DNA of 64,000 nt from Felis catus (Eukaryota), in assembly GCF_018350175.1 (NCBI RefSeq), contig NC_058368.1, forward strand, positions 182,716,001 through 182,780,000, read 5' to 3'. Under the pieces are notes generated by a model. It was not told the DNA's origin. It was given only the letters and a program-made list of their open reading frames with translations, and did no database searches. Shown here one piece after another: positions 1 to 13,620 of the stretch; position 1 is the stretch's first letter; every line of letters begins with the position of its first letter. The position numbers were made by a program, and so were the translations under genes.

Positions 1-519
1 TCAGATACCAAGATATCTGGGAATATTTATGGTTTATTTGTTGTCTGGTATAACCCGATAGTTTATTTTATTTCTTTTAATAATACAATTGACATTATAG
101 AGCACTTACTATATCCCAGACATCACAGCATTTTCTGTGCATTTTTTCATATATTACAATAATTTTATAAGATTTATTATCATTATTATCTTCACCATTT
201 TACAGCTGAGGGAAAATTTCCAAGTTCACAGGTGAGCCCTCAAAATCCCAACCTTTAACTATGGCTATTATATTCTTTGCGATTCAGTCACCTTTATGTT
301 ACTTTATGTTATGTTATTGACTTTAGCTAATAATATTCTACTTCATTATCTCTATATAAAATGGGGATAATAAAACACACAAAGGTTTATATGTATAGAC
401 ATGAAAAGTTTCCAATATAATACTTTTGAAATAGTAATATGTGCAATATAATTTTTATTTATGTGAAAATAAAATAGAAAATATTTATTTATATACCTGC
501 ATATACATCTATATGAAAA

Positions 520-668
520 ACTACCAAAGGAAATTACCCCTCAGAAGATAAGAAGTGAGTAGGATTAGAGTGAAATTAAAAGAGAAATTCTTTTTTATGA
601 TAAATACTTTTTAAAATATTTTCTAACATAAGCATGTTTTTCTTGTTATTAAAAAAATACAAAAAAAA
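520..668 (+). mobile_element. Ancient L1 (L1ME-like) 3' end fragment
   Basis: Resembles an L1ME 3' UTR ending in '...ataagcatgtttttcttgttattaaaaaaatacaaaaaaaa'; highly diverged. Confidence 0.45.
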
Positions 669-709
669 TGGAGACCTATGACAGGTTTTCAAGTAAGTTA
701 GAAACCTAA

Positions 710-1480
710 AAATTAGTTAAAATGGTGACTGAATGAATATTGACATTTATCAATACTCTTCTAAATTACCCCTGTACCAAATCTCACATAAATTCAGAGA
801 AGAATTTATCAGTGAAAAATACCAGAATTGTAAAATAAGTTATAGAATTAATAAGTGAGAAATTTGGGGGGTCTTCTGAAAGAGGGCAGAATTGGTCATA
901 TGTACAGGAAAGTGACCAGAGACAACCATTATCAAAAATACACCAAAAAAAAAAAAAAAATCTTTTTTAGAGCCAGAGTGAATGTAGAAGAGAACCAGCC
1001 AGGCTCCAGGAGTAAATACCCAGGCAAAGGCGAACATTAAGCAAATATCAGGGTGACCAATCAGACAGCTACCACCAGAGCTTTTGGAATGTAGCCCCTA
1101 TCTCCCAAGCAAAAGTATAGGAAGTGTGTACCAAGAGAGGAATAATGAGAATCAGCCCTGCGGTAGGAAAAGCCAATCAGTGTTCTGAATAATAACAGAC
1201 CCAGGAGGGGAAGGGATCCCACATCACCCTGCAAACACTACCAGATCTCCTCTAGCAGCTCTCATTCGAGCATGGCTCTGATAAAAGCAGGAGTTCTCAA
1301 ACACAGACATGAATGGGAAACCAATGACCCTCAAATATTTAAGGAAAATAAACACCATGAAATAGAGCTATGGTAAAATACATATGGAAAGATCACTACC
1401 CAACATTATGTTAATTGTAATGAGTATAATTGATATAATCAGAGGGAATTAAGAAGGTTTAAATTTTTAAAAAGAGAAAA
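710..1480 (+). mobile_element. Ancient L1M 5' UTR/ORF1-start remnant
   Basis: 'aaatggtgactgaatg' start and 'ccaatgaccctcaaatatttaaggaaaataaacaccatgaaatagag' resemble old L1M 5' regions; purine-rich. Confidence 0.35.
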
Positions 1481-1623
1481 ATACTACCTCATTAGTAGAC
1501 ATATATCTTCAAGGTGGGCTTATCAAACGGGTAAGAGAGAGGCAAAATTTTAAGTTCTTTGACCTTTCCTATCCTGTATGTGAGAGATAGGAGTGCAAGG
1601 AAGACACATGATTGCAAGGACTT

Positions 1624-1673
1624 CTTTTTTTTTTTTTAAACAACTTTTTTTTTTTAATGTTTGTTTATTTTTG

Positions 1674-1706
<33 letters not shown>

Positions 1707-1853
1707 AAGAGAGAGGGAGACATAGAATCTGAAGCAGGATCCAGGCTCTGAGCTCTCAGCACAGAGCTCAGTGTGGGACTCAGACTCACAAACTGTGAGA
1801 TCATGACCTGGGCTGAAGTCAGATGGTTAACTGACTGAGCCACCCATGCACCC
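1624..1853 (-). mobile_element. Can-SINE (SINEC, felid)
   Basis: Reverse-complement SINEC body, (GA)n tract, T-rich tail; perfect 15-bp TSD tgattgcaaggactt at 1609-1623 and 1854-1868. Confidence 0.97.
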
Positions 1854-2119
1854 TGATTGCAAGGACTTTTGGCAGAAAACAGGCAATGCTTCTCCAACCA
1901 TAATAAGACGTGTACATTGCCCCTTGTGAAATACACAGAGACATAAATCAAGTAAAAGTCTTCTCTTTTAGTACCTTTCTCCATTTTTGGACTGGATCTA
2001 AACCCCTTTGGTTTACTCAAAGACAGAAATTCAAGAATTTTATCTTTCAATTTTTCCATTCTGGACATTGTCTCATGTCAAGTTTATAGGAATTCCTTGA
2101 AAACAATGGTATGTACACA

Positions 2120-3535
2120 TTGGTCTCTCTTGAACTGACTCCATCAGGCGTTCATCCCTACCAAGGGACATCAACAGCCCTTGTCTGTGTCACTAATGAC
2201 ATCAACATTGCTAAATTCAATGTAAACTTTCCAGTATTCATCCTTCTTGACCTAGAATATCTGACAGAACTGATTGCTTCCTGCCTATTGACATTTTTGG
2301 CTCCTGTGAAATCACAGTATCTTGATCCTTCTACTTCCTTACCAAACACTTCTCAGGCTCTTTGAACGGTTTATTTTCATTTCCTCTACAATTAAACACA
2401 GAAGTGCCCAAATGGTTTCACTTCTCAGTCTTATCTCTAATCTTTTTAATATCCAGTCTTTAGGATATCTCATGTAGGCCCATGGCTTTTTTAATCTCTC
2501 CAAAAAATCTCAAATGTCTACACAGAGTCCAAATAATTCCCCTGATCTAAAGACTTTTTTTATCCAACTGCTATTCAGCCTCCTCTCTGTATCATTAGCA
2601 ACTCAAATGTAAAATGTCTAAAAATAAACATACAAACCCACTCCATCCACAGATTTTCCTGTCTCTAAGTGGTAAATTCCATCCTCCCACTGCTCACTCC
2701 AAAAACTTTAACATCATCCTTGGGACCTCTCTTTCTTTCATACTACTTTCCCAGTCTGTTTTTAAATCCTGACTCTACCTTCAAAACACACCATGAATCC
2801 AACCACTTTTCACTATGTTAAGTGCTACACCCTGCTCGATGCCACCTTTAAATCTCCCCTAAATCCTAATTGGCCTCCAGTTGTCCTTGCTCAGTTCTTC
2901 CCCACATCCAAGCTTATTCTCAACCCAGCAACACAGAGGGATTCTTTTAACAAAATTTCCTGTCAGATCACAGTGTTTCTATGTTCAAAGCCCACCAAAG
3001 GTTTCCCATTTCATTCAGAATAAAAGCTGATGTTTGCTTGCATGGCTCCCAAGCCACTGTGTGATCTGCCCACCACCCCCATCCGACCAATACTTTTCCC
3101 TTACTTAAAGTTCTCCAGCCACTTTGACCTCCTTGCTATTACTGGAATACACCAGGAATGTTGTTGCCTTGGGCTGTTTCTATTAACACTCCCTTATGTA
3201 GAACAATGGCTTCCCAGATATTCACAGGGTTGTTCCTTACTTCTTTGAGGTCCTGCCTCAAATGTCATCTCAGCAAGGAAAGCCCTGTCTGACCTTTATA
3301 AAATAACAGCCTTCTGGTTTCCCTTCCTGGTACTCTCCATCCACTGAGCGCTACTTTAGTATCTCTACTCAATTTATCAGGTATTGATACATAATAGGTT
3401 TACTTGCTTGTTTACTTTCTGTTTTCTGATTAGACCCAATGAGAACAGAAATTTTATTTTCATTGCAATATCTTTACTGCCTTGTACAGCGCTTGGCACA
3501 TTACAAATATAAATATTTATTCAGTCTTTAATAAA
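2120..3535 (+). mobile_element. LINE-2 (L2) remnant
   Basis: L2 hallmark 'tcactaatgacatcaacattgctaaattcaatg...catccttcttgacct', pyrimidine-rich body, 3' end 'cttggcacat...aaatatttatt'. Confidence 0.85.
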
Positions 3536-3599
3536 TTATTGGCTTACTGTTATTAACCAGATTTGTCTAAAGTGGGTCTCTGTGTTTAAAATTGTCAAA

Positions 3600-4220
3600 G
3601 TAATTCGTTTTAAGTACGTATGGAACTTTCACACAAATGGACTATTATACAAACCACTGAGGAAAATTTCAAGAAATCTCAAAAAGGAGAGATCATAAAG
3701 GCTATAGAAGACAAGGCAATAATAATAGAAAGGAACAATACAAGACCTTGAACATAACAGCAGAAAATAAATGTTTTTGCTTGGAAACATTCATTTAAAT
3801 AACTCTTGATTACAATAGGAAAAAAAATCACTAAAGTTTAGAAGAGTTACAAATAAAAGTACACTATGAGATGCCACTAGAGCAGCATTCGGAAATAAAC
3901 GTGGGGGCTCAACATGTATACGTTGGACAAAACCTTGAAATTTAAAAATTAACACTAACTCAAGAGGCTGAAAAGAAAAAAAAAAAGAAAACAAAAGAGA
4001 AGGAGGGAAATGAGTCAATAAAGATGAAAGCACAATTTACTGAAATATAAATTCAAGGAAACAGAGTTGATCCACAAAGCCAAAATTCTCCTAAAAGACT
4101 AACCACATTATAATGATGTCTGAGCAGGAAAGAGAGAAAACTATAAAGAATAAATAAAACGAGAGATATGAAAAAACTATAAATAGGAATCCAGTGTATT
4201 TCAATGTGACAATTTCAATA
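3600..4220 (+). mobile_element. Ancient L1 ORF2 fragment
   Basis: A-rich; 'tatggaactttcacacaaatggac' and 'atgagatgccactagagcagcattc' resemble L1 ORF2 after the endonuclease domain. Confidence 0.6.
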
Positions 4221-5084
4221 GCTATATTTATGATAGGCAAAAATAGAGAGAAAGCAAAGGCAGAGCAAGCAAGTAGGAAGCTATTTCAAACTCTGAGAGA
4301 AGTGATTTTTGACACCTATACATGAGCAGTATCTCTAAGGATGAGTTTACGGGTGAGCTAGAAAAACTAAGTAGAAGTGGGTGATTGATTGGGTAAGAGG
4401 TTAAAGAGAGATTCATCTCTTTACTTCTCACCCTTGTATTAATTGTGTGAGAGGGGTGAAGGTAAGGGCTGGTAATTTATTTTCATCTTTTTTTTTTTTA
4501 ATTTGCTCAACACCCGCTATTAACATGAATATTTCAATTACCCTAATTCATTAGGCATTGAAATAGGAGAACTGATGAGACTTGGCCTTATTAAAACTTT
4601 TAAAGTTGTATTTTTCTTCTCCATGTGTGATTTAGATTGTGCTTGAATTTCTGTGTCTGGAATAACTTTCCAATGAAGTTTAAGAAGTCAATGATAACTC
4701 TGCTAGGTACTTAGGAAGTTCATTGATTTAATTCATGAAATTACTGCTAAAATCTAAATTTGAGGTGAAGGTTACCAAATACTTGACAGGATATTTGACT
4801 TCCTACTTTTGCAAGCCCTAATATGATAGGAATTCTTCATAAAACCATGAGGAGAATGACTTGGGAGTAAGGGTTTAAAGTTTTAAGATGATGTAATGTA
4901 AAAAAAAAAAAAAAGCATTAGAAATTCCAACAATGACACTACCTTCCAGGATACTACCTGTTTCTGAATTTATTCCATAATTGGCTTCTCTTTGATCCAC
5001 TTTACCATTCTTTCCCAGTCCTCAGCCCCCAAATTCCATGATCCTTGTTCAGACCTTGAACCTCATCTCTTTTTGATCTACGCA

Positions 5085-6000
5085 TTTACTCCCTTAGCAT
5101 ACTTATTCAGTGTCATGAATAAGTATTCTGCACAATAATATCTTCTACATCTATAATTCTAACTGGAACCTGTCCCCTGAATTTCAGAATCACATACCTA
5201 ACTGTCCACCTGACATATCTCCCATGAATTTAGTTGGCATTTCAAATGTAGTATATCTGAAATTTACCTTCTGGTCTTTCCCCCTAGACCTATTCTTCCC
5301 ACAGTATTCTCATCTCTTTAAATGACAATTCAACTTTCTAGGTTTCAGAACAAAAGTATTGGAGTCATTCTTGCTTCCTATCTTTTTCACGACTGACATT
5401 TAATCCTTAGTAAGTCTTATTGTTTTTTACCTTCAAAATGTATGCCTTTTCAGACTTCCCACGCTAAATACTCTGTTCCAACACACCATTCTCTCTTATG
5501 TTATTTAATAATCTTTCCACCGGTTTTTCTGCCCCTACATTCACCTTACTATGTCTATTCTCCTATAGTTTTAGGAAAACAGCCAGAGCTATCCTGGTAA
5601 GATAGAAGACATTTCATTGAATTATTTTATTTAAAACAGGTATCTTCTGAACTCACTTTCAGGAAAACTGAAATCTTCATAATCGTGCACAAACCCTATA
5701 TAATCCAGTTCTACAATATGTCTCTGACTTTATTTTCAACTAATTCACCCCTGGTCTTCTTGCACCTCCTCAGTTCAGAACATTCCCAGAACATATTCCC
5801 TTTCCTAGAACTCTTGCCCAGATTTCCTACATGGTTCACTTACTCTACTCATCTGGTTCGTCGCTCAGAAGCGATTTCTAAGCGTCACTCTTGTATTCTG
5901 TCCTTTGAAAAATTGTACCTCTTACACTCCAGAATTCTCTGTCTCCCCTCCCTACTTTATTACTCTCCACAATAATTATCACCACCCACATTGTTCTGTT
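5085..6000 (+). mobile_element. LINE-2 (L2) remnant
   Basis: 'cctgtcccctgaatttcagaatcacatacctaactgtccacctgacatatctccc' and downstream L2 motifs. Confidence 0.8.
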
Positions 6001-6008
6001 GTATAAAT

Positions 6009-6041
6009 TTGTTCTCTTTTTTAAATGTTTGTTTGTTTGTT

Positions 6042-6097
<56 letters not shown>

Positions 6098-6249
6098 CAG
6101 TGGAAGGGCAGAGAGAGAGGAGGGAAAGAACTCGAGCAGGCTCCGCACTGACAGCACAACACAGGACTCGATCCTACCAACTGTGAGGTCATGACCTGAG
6201 CCAAAATCAAGAGTAAGATGCTCAACCAAATAAGCCACCCAGGCGCCCC
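6009..6249 (-). mobile_element. Can-SINE with expanded (GA)n
   Basis: Ends 'taagccacccaggcgcccc'; (GA)n about 6043-6090; TSD tgttgtataaat (5997-6008) / tgtcatataaat (6250-6261). Confidence 0.95.
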
Positions 6250-6992
6250 TGTCATATAAATCAATAAATGTAATGATTGGGCTCATTCATTCTTAGATTC
6301 GCCAACAAAAGCTATATGGCTCCATAAAGCTCCTTTTAGCTTAGTGTGGCTTGGTCTATTTAGATGGTACTGAGTTGCAAAATATAAAATAATCATTATA
6401 CTGTGTGAGTACTGCCATATTAACCACAGCAAAATTTACTTCTTCTCCCTGTCATATAAGAAAATGTGTACAAAATTTTCATTGTATAATATTTAGTTTT
6501 TCTGATGACAGTAATGATATTTCACTACAAGAATTTCCAACATGGAAAAACTGCCCCATGAATCATTCCTAAATGAATGATTCAGGGACTCAGTTGTGAG
6601 TCCCTTGGGAAGAGCAATTTTTTGATAAATTTTAACTACGTGCAAGCTTAATCAATATTTATAGAATGAAATGTAATATATGCAGAAAAGGCAATGACAT
6701 GAGACTCCCATATAATAGTTACCTTCCTTCTCTGGGTCGACTTTATTCAGGTTAGGATCTCGAACAAAAGAATCCTTTAATCATGGAGAGACACACCAAA
6801 AGTGGCCATACTATGACCTATATAAATAGGTTCAGTATATAAATAGTTCAGTAAACTTGGTCAGTGAGTATGCTGATGTTTCTAAAGCATTTACAACTCA
6901 ACCAAAAGAATTTGCAGAAGTAGCTGCAGTCTGATCTTACCTGACTCAAAGTAGGAGAAACAGCAAAGACAGAATTAATCCAACGTATATTC

Positions 6993-7109
6993 CTCATTTT
7001 CAGATGTTGATTTCAGTCATCTCAGGAATGTTCAAATGGGTTTTATTTTAAAAATGAGAGGACTTGTAACAACAAGTTTATGTTTCTGCAGGACTCTCTA
7101 AATACTTCC
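6993..7109. repeat. 117-bp direct repeat, copy 1 (probable donor)
   Basis: Identical base for base to 7849-7965. Confidence 0.97.
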
Positions 7110-7848
7110 AAATTCTGAGATCTGAAGTAATGTACCAATTCTGTTTAACCTCTCTAAGATTCAGTTTGCTCAACTTAGACATGAGAGGGGTAGACTTGAT
7201 AGCCATTTGATTCTAGAATGAGGAATATGTTGGCCTGAAAGCTCCCTAATACGAATTTTTTTCAAATTCCCTTTATCCTCCCATGCCGTGTTTACACTCT
7301 TCAGACATTACATGTAGATAATCCAAACATTTGCAAATTCAGCAATGTTATCTTATTGTGTCCTTCCTACTCTCTACTTAATAAAACTTCATGGGCCTGA
7401 AGGTTGCTATGAAGTTACTCCCAAGACTTTGCTCTTCTTCTGGTAATTTAATCTTCTTTGCTCTTCTTCATAATTCAATTTTGTCAACCTTTTCTTCAGG
7501 GGAATTTAAAATTTACTACCATAACTACTTAATAGGCTGCTTCTTGTGATAAGGGGATAAGAAATTTACTTTTGGGGACATATGCTGACGTCCTCATGGG
7601 TACCATTTAGTCTGCTTACTGCTGACCTCAGGATTCTGTAACTTCAAAATGTTAATGGTTTCTAACATGTGAAGAATTCTTAACTCTTCACTGAAGATTC
7701 ACCTGCAAAGTGTGTCACAACAGCTACTTGTATAATGGATGTTACTTACATTTTTTTTTTCTTTTCTAACAAATGTAACTTTCAACTTTCTTGTTAATTA
7801 TTTTAAGTATACTAAGACAAAAATGTTTTGCAGCTAGATATACAACTA

Positions 7849-7965
7849 CTCATTTTCAGATGTTGATTTCAGTCATCTCAGGAATGTTCAAATGGGTTTT
7901 ATTTTAAAAATGAGAGGACTTGTAACAACAAGTTTATGTTTCTGCAGGACTCTCTAAATACTTCC
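7849..7965. repeat. 117-bp direct repeat, copy 2 (probable templated insertion)
   Basis: Identical to 6993-7109; followed by re-copied end snippets and a 14-bp hairpin. Confidence 0.97.
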
Positions 7966-9720
7966 TTCTAAACACTTCCTCTCTAAATACTTCTCTAGCT
8001 GTATTTAGCATACAGCTAGAGAATACAAAACATCTTAATAGATTTCTGAATGGATATGAGCCTGGTGGGGCATCAGTATTTTGCTTTATACACCTACGTG
8101 TTCCAAGTATTAGACTAATTGATAAGGGATATATAAGAATATGTTGGCTGCTATAGAAAATTAAATGTATTATGACATAAAGAGGGATATAAGATGTGTA
8201 ATAAGTTCCGTGGTGATTGTAAAGTCCTGCCATGAATATGGGAGAGAGAGGAGAATTTGAATCAGAACTTAAATAAACAAAAGAGATTAGTACATAGAGT
8301 TGGGTGTTAGAGGACAGAGGATATGTCAGGATTTGGGAGAACATGGACAAAGTATGAAAATAATTTACTGTGGCTAAAGTTTTCCTATCTATATTTTTAA
8401 TGGTAAGGACTGCTAGTTGTAGTAGTCAACAACCAAACTCTTTATTTATTTTTCATGTCACAGTCTAAGGTGGCTCACCACGGAATTTCTCTTCCACACA
8501 GTCCTTTAGAGTCCTTTACCACATGTGCCATGTGCTAATTCGACATGTCACCATTCAGGAACCTTAGGATCTTCTACATGCAACTAGATTACTTTGTAAG
8601 CAAAGATATAATATTGTAAGAATGATCGTGTGAGAACTTACAGAGGTCAAATCTGGAGGTAGTTTTACCATTTTTACCCACTTCCCTTGGGATTGCACTA
8701 AAAGGTGTTTCCCATTCCACAGTCAAGAGGCTGGCTGATGTTGGCTACCAGCATGCTGAGGATAAAAGGAGGTCCCAATATATTAATAAGTACAGCATTT
8801 TATACTGTGGTGCATTCATGTAAAGAACAGATATTTAGTAGAAAAGACCAAAAAAGCAGTTTCTAGTCAAATCATGGAAGGGATTTAGAAATTAGTCTGC
8901 AAGATGTAGAAAAAACAACCATCGCCTAAGAGAGTAAATCAACTACCAGATCTGCTTCTCTTAAAGTATACCCAATTATAATTCTTTGCTTCACTTTGGG
9001 CAACAAGGATATTAAAAAAAAAAACGAGGAGAAAGAGAATCAAGCTATTTTTAGACCATCATCAAATGTATATAAACTGCTCTAAATCTGCATATCTAAG
9101 GCATTCATGTTATTAGACCAAAGACATTGAAATATAAGATATATTGGCATGAGACCTTGGTATTTGGGATCCAAGGTGATTTATTTTCATAGTTTGTATC
9201 ACATTGTAAATGAGTGTGAGTCAGTTATGGAATATGCAGCACAGTGGTTTGTAACTCTACTCAAAGTGGATTCATAATTGTGCCATTTAAAAATCCCCTA
9301 TTTAGTTGCAAGATTCAGATAAAAGGGGAAATGGCACTTACTTGTGAGGTGTTACATATCTATCAACAATTTCATACCAGTTTAGATGCTTCTATCTGAC
9401 GTAAATGAATTTCTGGGTAATAATATGACAAATTCTGTAACAGCAAGAGACTAATTTCAACCTTTTTACATGATAGAACCAATTACATTGGAGAAGGATG
9501 AAAGGAAAGAGATATGAGTTATACCAGCAGAGAGGGGCAAGAGAAAAAATTTGCTGTGTTTTCTTCTCTTTCTCTGAGTCTTTCTCCAGTCTTCAGTGTA
9601 AGAGGAAACACTGTCTAGTCTGTAACCAGTTTATTGAATGGGCTAGATTTCTTAGGGCATAAGCAGAAGACAGCTTTATTTTCTCTCCCACCACTGCTTC
9701 AAACATGCTCTCTTGTTCCC

Positions 9721-10134
9721 TGTATTAGTCAGAGTTCTCCAGAGAAAGAAAACCAATAGGATGTGTAAATATATAGAGAGAAGTTTATTTTAAGGAATTG
9801 GCTCAGGTAATGAAAGAGACTGTCAAGCCCAAAACTGTAGGGTGAGCCGGTAGGCTGCAGACCCAGAGACAAGCCATTATTGTTCAAGTCCAAAGGCTGT
9901 CTGTTGCAGAATTCACTCTTGCTCAGGGAGGTCAAGTCTTTTTATTCTAAGGCTGACCTTCAACTAATTGGATGAGGCCCACCACCTCATGGAAGACATC
10001 GGCTTTACTCCAAGTCCACTGATCAAAATGCTAATCTCATCCAAAAACACTCCCACAGAAATACCCAGAATAATGTTTGACACATATTGAGGCATGTGGC
10101 TCAGCCAAGTTGACACATAAAATTAACCATCACA
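9721..10134 (-). mobile_element. ERVL solo LTR (MLT2 family)
   Basis: Termini 'tgtattagtcagagttctccagaga' and 'caagttgacacataaaattaaccatcaca' match reverse-complement MLT2 ends; TG...CA. Confidence 0.92.
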
Positions 10135-11512
10135 TTTCTCTTCCCCATTACCTACAATAACTGATAATTTACAGTCATGTACATTTCTAAGACACTGTAA
10201 TTTTCAGGTAGTCAGACTCTAGTTGTATTTCATATTCTCCTTCCCCGACTTCAGTCTGGGTAGTGTTGTGAGGAAGCACACTAAGGAAGTGAGTCAAGTA
10301 GAACAGGAGCTGTCTATTTTCCTACTTTCCCATGATTCTTTAGGAATCACCCTTCCATCCCTTTTCCACATTTGCTACACCCCCATCCATCTTTTAGGAA
10401 GTCTTGCTACCTTACCTACATTTAGAGCTGGGCTGCAGGCATCTTGCTACTTATTTTCCAAAGCTTTTCAATCTTAGCCTACAATTTGCAATAACATTCT
10501 AGTTTTCATTTTCAATAGTGTTACATTTATTACCACATTGTTATACATGCAGCTGTACATTCTTGCACAGGTGCATACACATCGCAGTCTCTAGAAGGAA
10601 CATGTGAGAGACCCAACCTGGTAAATCATGCATAAATAACTTGCCTAAGAAAGCAACTAATTCTTTGGAAGTAAATCCACACCACTGATACTATCCCTGC
10701 TTGGATAAATCCCAATTACCACATTATTTAACACCAGCCAGAAACTATTAAATACTATGTAACTCATAAAATTTATTTTAGTGCAAAGACCCAGTTGTTC
10801 CATCACATCATATTTCTATCACACATCTCATATAATTCTATAATATTATTAGATCACTTCTCCTATAGAAAGGGGTAATAAATTAAAAGTAGTAACAATG
10901 TTATGAATCATCTGTAAGAAGAGTAATCTTGTTCAATAGTCAAATACTCTAATGTAGATTGATTTAGAATAATTTACATATCATGCTGCTTTGTCATGTG
11001 TTGCTAATAACTTTCATCATTTCAAAGGCAGATTAAATATATTCAAGTCAGAAGGTCATGGAAATACTCAGTCTCAGAAAGACTGTCTCTTATACTTCCA
11101 ACTACCTTTTGGTGCAGTGTTCCTCTCTTTACCACTTTTTACTCCCAATATTCGCCATGCACAGAGGAATATGCATTTTCTCTAAGATATTGCCCCTCAT
11201 GTGGGCATCTGCATTATCCTTCTACTGCTAATTTTGTTTAAATATAGCATCAAGTTTTGTATCACTTTATAAATTATAAGAACAGAACCAAAAGATCCAC
11301 ATCCATTACTTGGTTGAAACCTGATAACTTAAATTTAGATAAAAAGTATTACAGTCATAGGTAAATATTAGAACAAAAAGTTACAAAAGCAAAATAAAAT
11401 GATCTTTACCCCATTTCTTAGGCCTTTTTCCCAAAGATGAGCACTTTTAAACTAATCTATGTATTTCCATTTAGCATGTGTTTCCATTTAGAAGTGCTCA
11501 TGAGGTATGCTT

Positions 11513-11879
11513 ACTCATCATCAGAATGTACAAGCCAAAACCACCATGAGATACCACCTCGCACCTATCAGAATGGCTAAAATTAACAACAGAGGAAACA
11601 ACAGATGTTGGTGAGGATGTGGAAAAAGGGGAACCCTCTCACACTCTTGGTGAGAAAGCAAACTGGTGCAGCCACTCTGGAGAACAGAATGGAGTTTCCT
11701 CTAAAAGTTAAAAATAGAATTACCCTACAACAGGGAATTGCACTACTAGGAATTTACACAAAGGATACAAAAATACAGATTAAAGGGGCACATGCACCCT
11801 GATATTTATTGCAGAATTAACAACAACCAAACTATGGAAAGAGCCCGAATGCCCGAATGAATGGATAAAGAAGATGTGG

Positions 11880-11911
<32 letters not shown>

Positions 11912-12323
11912 ATCTATCATCATGGGATATTACTCCATCATCAAAAATAATGAAATCTTGCCATTTGCAAAAATGTGTATGAGCTAGAGTGTACTAGTGA
12001 AACCAGAGAAAGTCAAATGCCATATGATTTCACTCATATGTGGAATTTAAGAAACAAAACAGATGAACATAGGGTAAGGAAAAAAATTGAGAGGGAAAGA
12101 AACTCTAAGAGGCTCTTAACTCTACAGAACAAACTGAGGATTGATGGAGGGAGGGAGAGTGGGGGATGGGCTAGATGAGTGATGGGTACTAAGGAGGGCA
12201 CTTGTGATGAGCACTGGGCGTTGTATGTAAGTGATCAATCACTGAAATTTACTCCTGAAACAAATATTACCATATATGTTAACTAACTAGAATTTAAATA
12301 AAAACTTGAAAAGGAAAAAAAAA
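11513..12323 (+). mobile_element. 5'-truncated carnivore L1 (ORF2 C-terminus and 3' UTR)
   Basis: 'atgagataccacctcgcacctatcagaatggctaaaatt', L1 3' UTR, A-rich tail; internal (TATC)n. Confidence 0.95.
11880..11921. repeat. (TATC)n microsatellite inside L1
   Basis: Direct reading. Confidence 0.95.
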
Positions 12324-12469
12324 GGAACTATGATGAAGATTGAATGAGTTCTATAAAAAGCATTTAGAACAATGTCTAAAACATGTTTCATGCTTAAGAA
12401 ATACGTCATTATGAAATATTCTACTAAAATATTTTTGTATGTCCTTCTGTAAAATGATTTTGATATTGT

Positions 12470-12860
12470 AGTATAATTATCCTTTTAAAATTTACACAAA
12501 ATTTATACAGATGTCAATCTACTATATACATTGGTCTGCCCTTTATATATTTTTATTTAATAGTATAGCTTGGAAAGCATTCCATATCAGTGGATAAAAG
12601 TCTACCTTAATCTTTTTTTTTTTTTTTTTTTTTTACAGATGCAAGCATTCTATTATATGGAATTATGGACCATATTGTATTTAGACAGCCCCTCACTGAT
12701 ATGCATTTAAATTGCTTCCAATTTTTTAATATTATGAACAATGCTTCAGTCAACATACTTGTACAAATAACTTCATGTACTTTGGGAAATATTTCTACAA
12801 GGTAAATTCCTAGCTGTGTAATTGCAAGGTCAAAAGATATTCTCATAAATTTTTATAGAT
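12470..12860 (-). mobile_element. Old L1 (L1ME-like) 3' region
   Basis: Minus-strand ORF 12607-12846 reads as L1 ORF2 C-terminus (FDLAITQLGIY...NWKQFKCIS). Confidence 0.85.
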
Positions 12861-12899
12861 TAAAAAAAATAAGTCCCATGGAATTATCACATGTAATTA

Positions 12900-13620
12900 C
12901 ATTTTCAAGAAAACTATATGAAAATATATTGCTCACATGAAAGAAATGTTAAAATTCAACTAAGGACATGAAAGAAGACAGATAAACAGAAAAAAATCTT
13001 ATTTCTTGATAGAAAGATTTAATATTGCATAGGCACATTATAAAAGTGTTTATATTAAATTAATACTCTAATTAAAATATCGACTAGAATTTATAGTAAC
13101 ATGACAAAATGATATTATAATGCATTTTAATTTAAAAATTAAGATTATCCAGAAATACTGTTTTTTTTAATAAAATTAAAAATAGAAAGAAACATAAGTG
13201 GCAGGTAGGGAAGATAATCCTCACAGGGATTAAATGCCTGAAGAGGCTACAATAGTTAAAATGACAAGTTTGTACTGGGGCAGGAGAGGCACATAGAAGA
13301 TCATTTCATACCGTAGGAGAAAATATATTATAACTAAATATCTGAGTATTTAGCCAACAATGAGTATAGCGGTTTCAATTGAGGGAATGGTGGATTTAAA
13401 AAAAAATAAAATAAGTACTACTGCTTTAAATGCTAAATATTTGGAATATAATGAATATGAATCCCTATTTGTTGCATGAAAATCTCAGGTATACCAATAT
13501 AAATATGAAAACAAGAAATCATAGAACATCAGAAAAAAAAAATGTCCAGTTTTATCTATAGAACTAAACCAGGGAAGGCTATCAAAGATAAGGTAAACAT
13601 TTCACCACACAAAAATCCTC
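12900..13620 (+). mobile_element. Ancient L1 ORF2 remnant
   Basis: 'aaagaagacagataaacaga...ttcttgatagaaagatttaatattg' and later motifs resemble L1 ORF2. Confidence 0.6.

Noticed and set aside
1550..2068. Longest ORF (172 aa, minus strand)
   Set aside because: Runs through a Can-SINE and its (CT)n/A tail (GAWVAQSV...SLSLSL); not a gene.
6559..6584. 10-bp perfect hairpin tgaatcattc-N6-gaatgattca
   Set aside because: A few stems of this size are expected by chance in 64 kb of AT-rich DNA.
6819..6851. 16-17 bp tandem duplication (similar ones near 11459 and 49710)
   Set aside because: Ordinary slippage duplications with two units; not an array.
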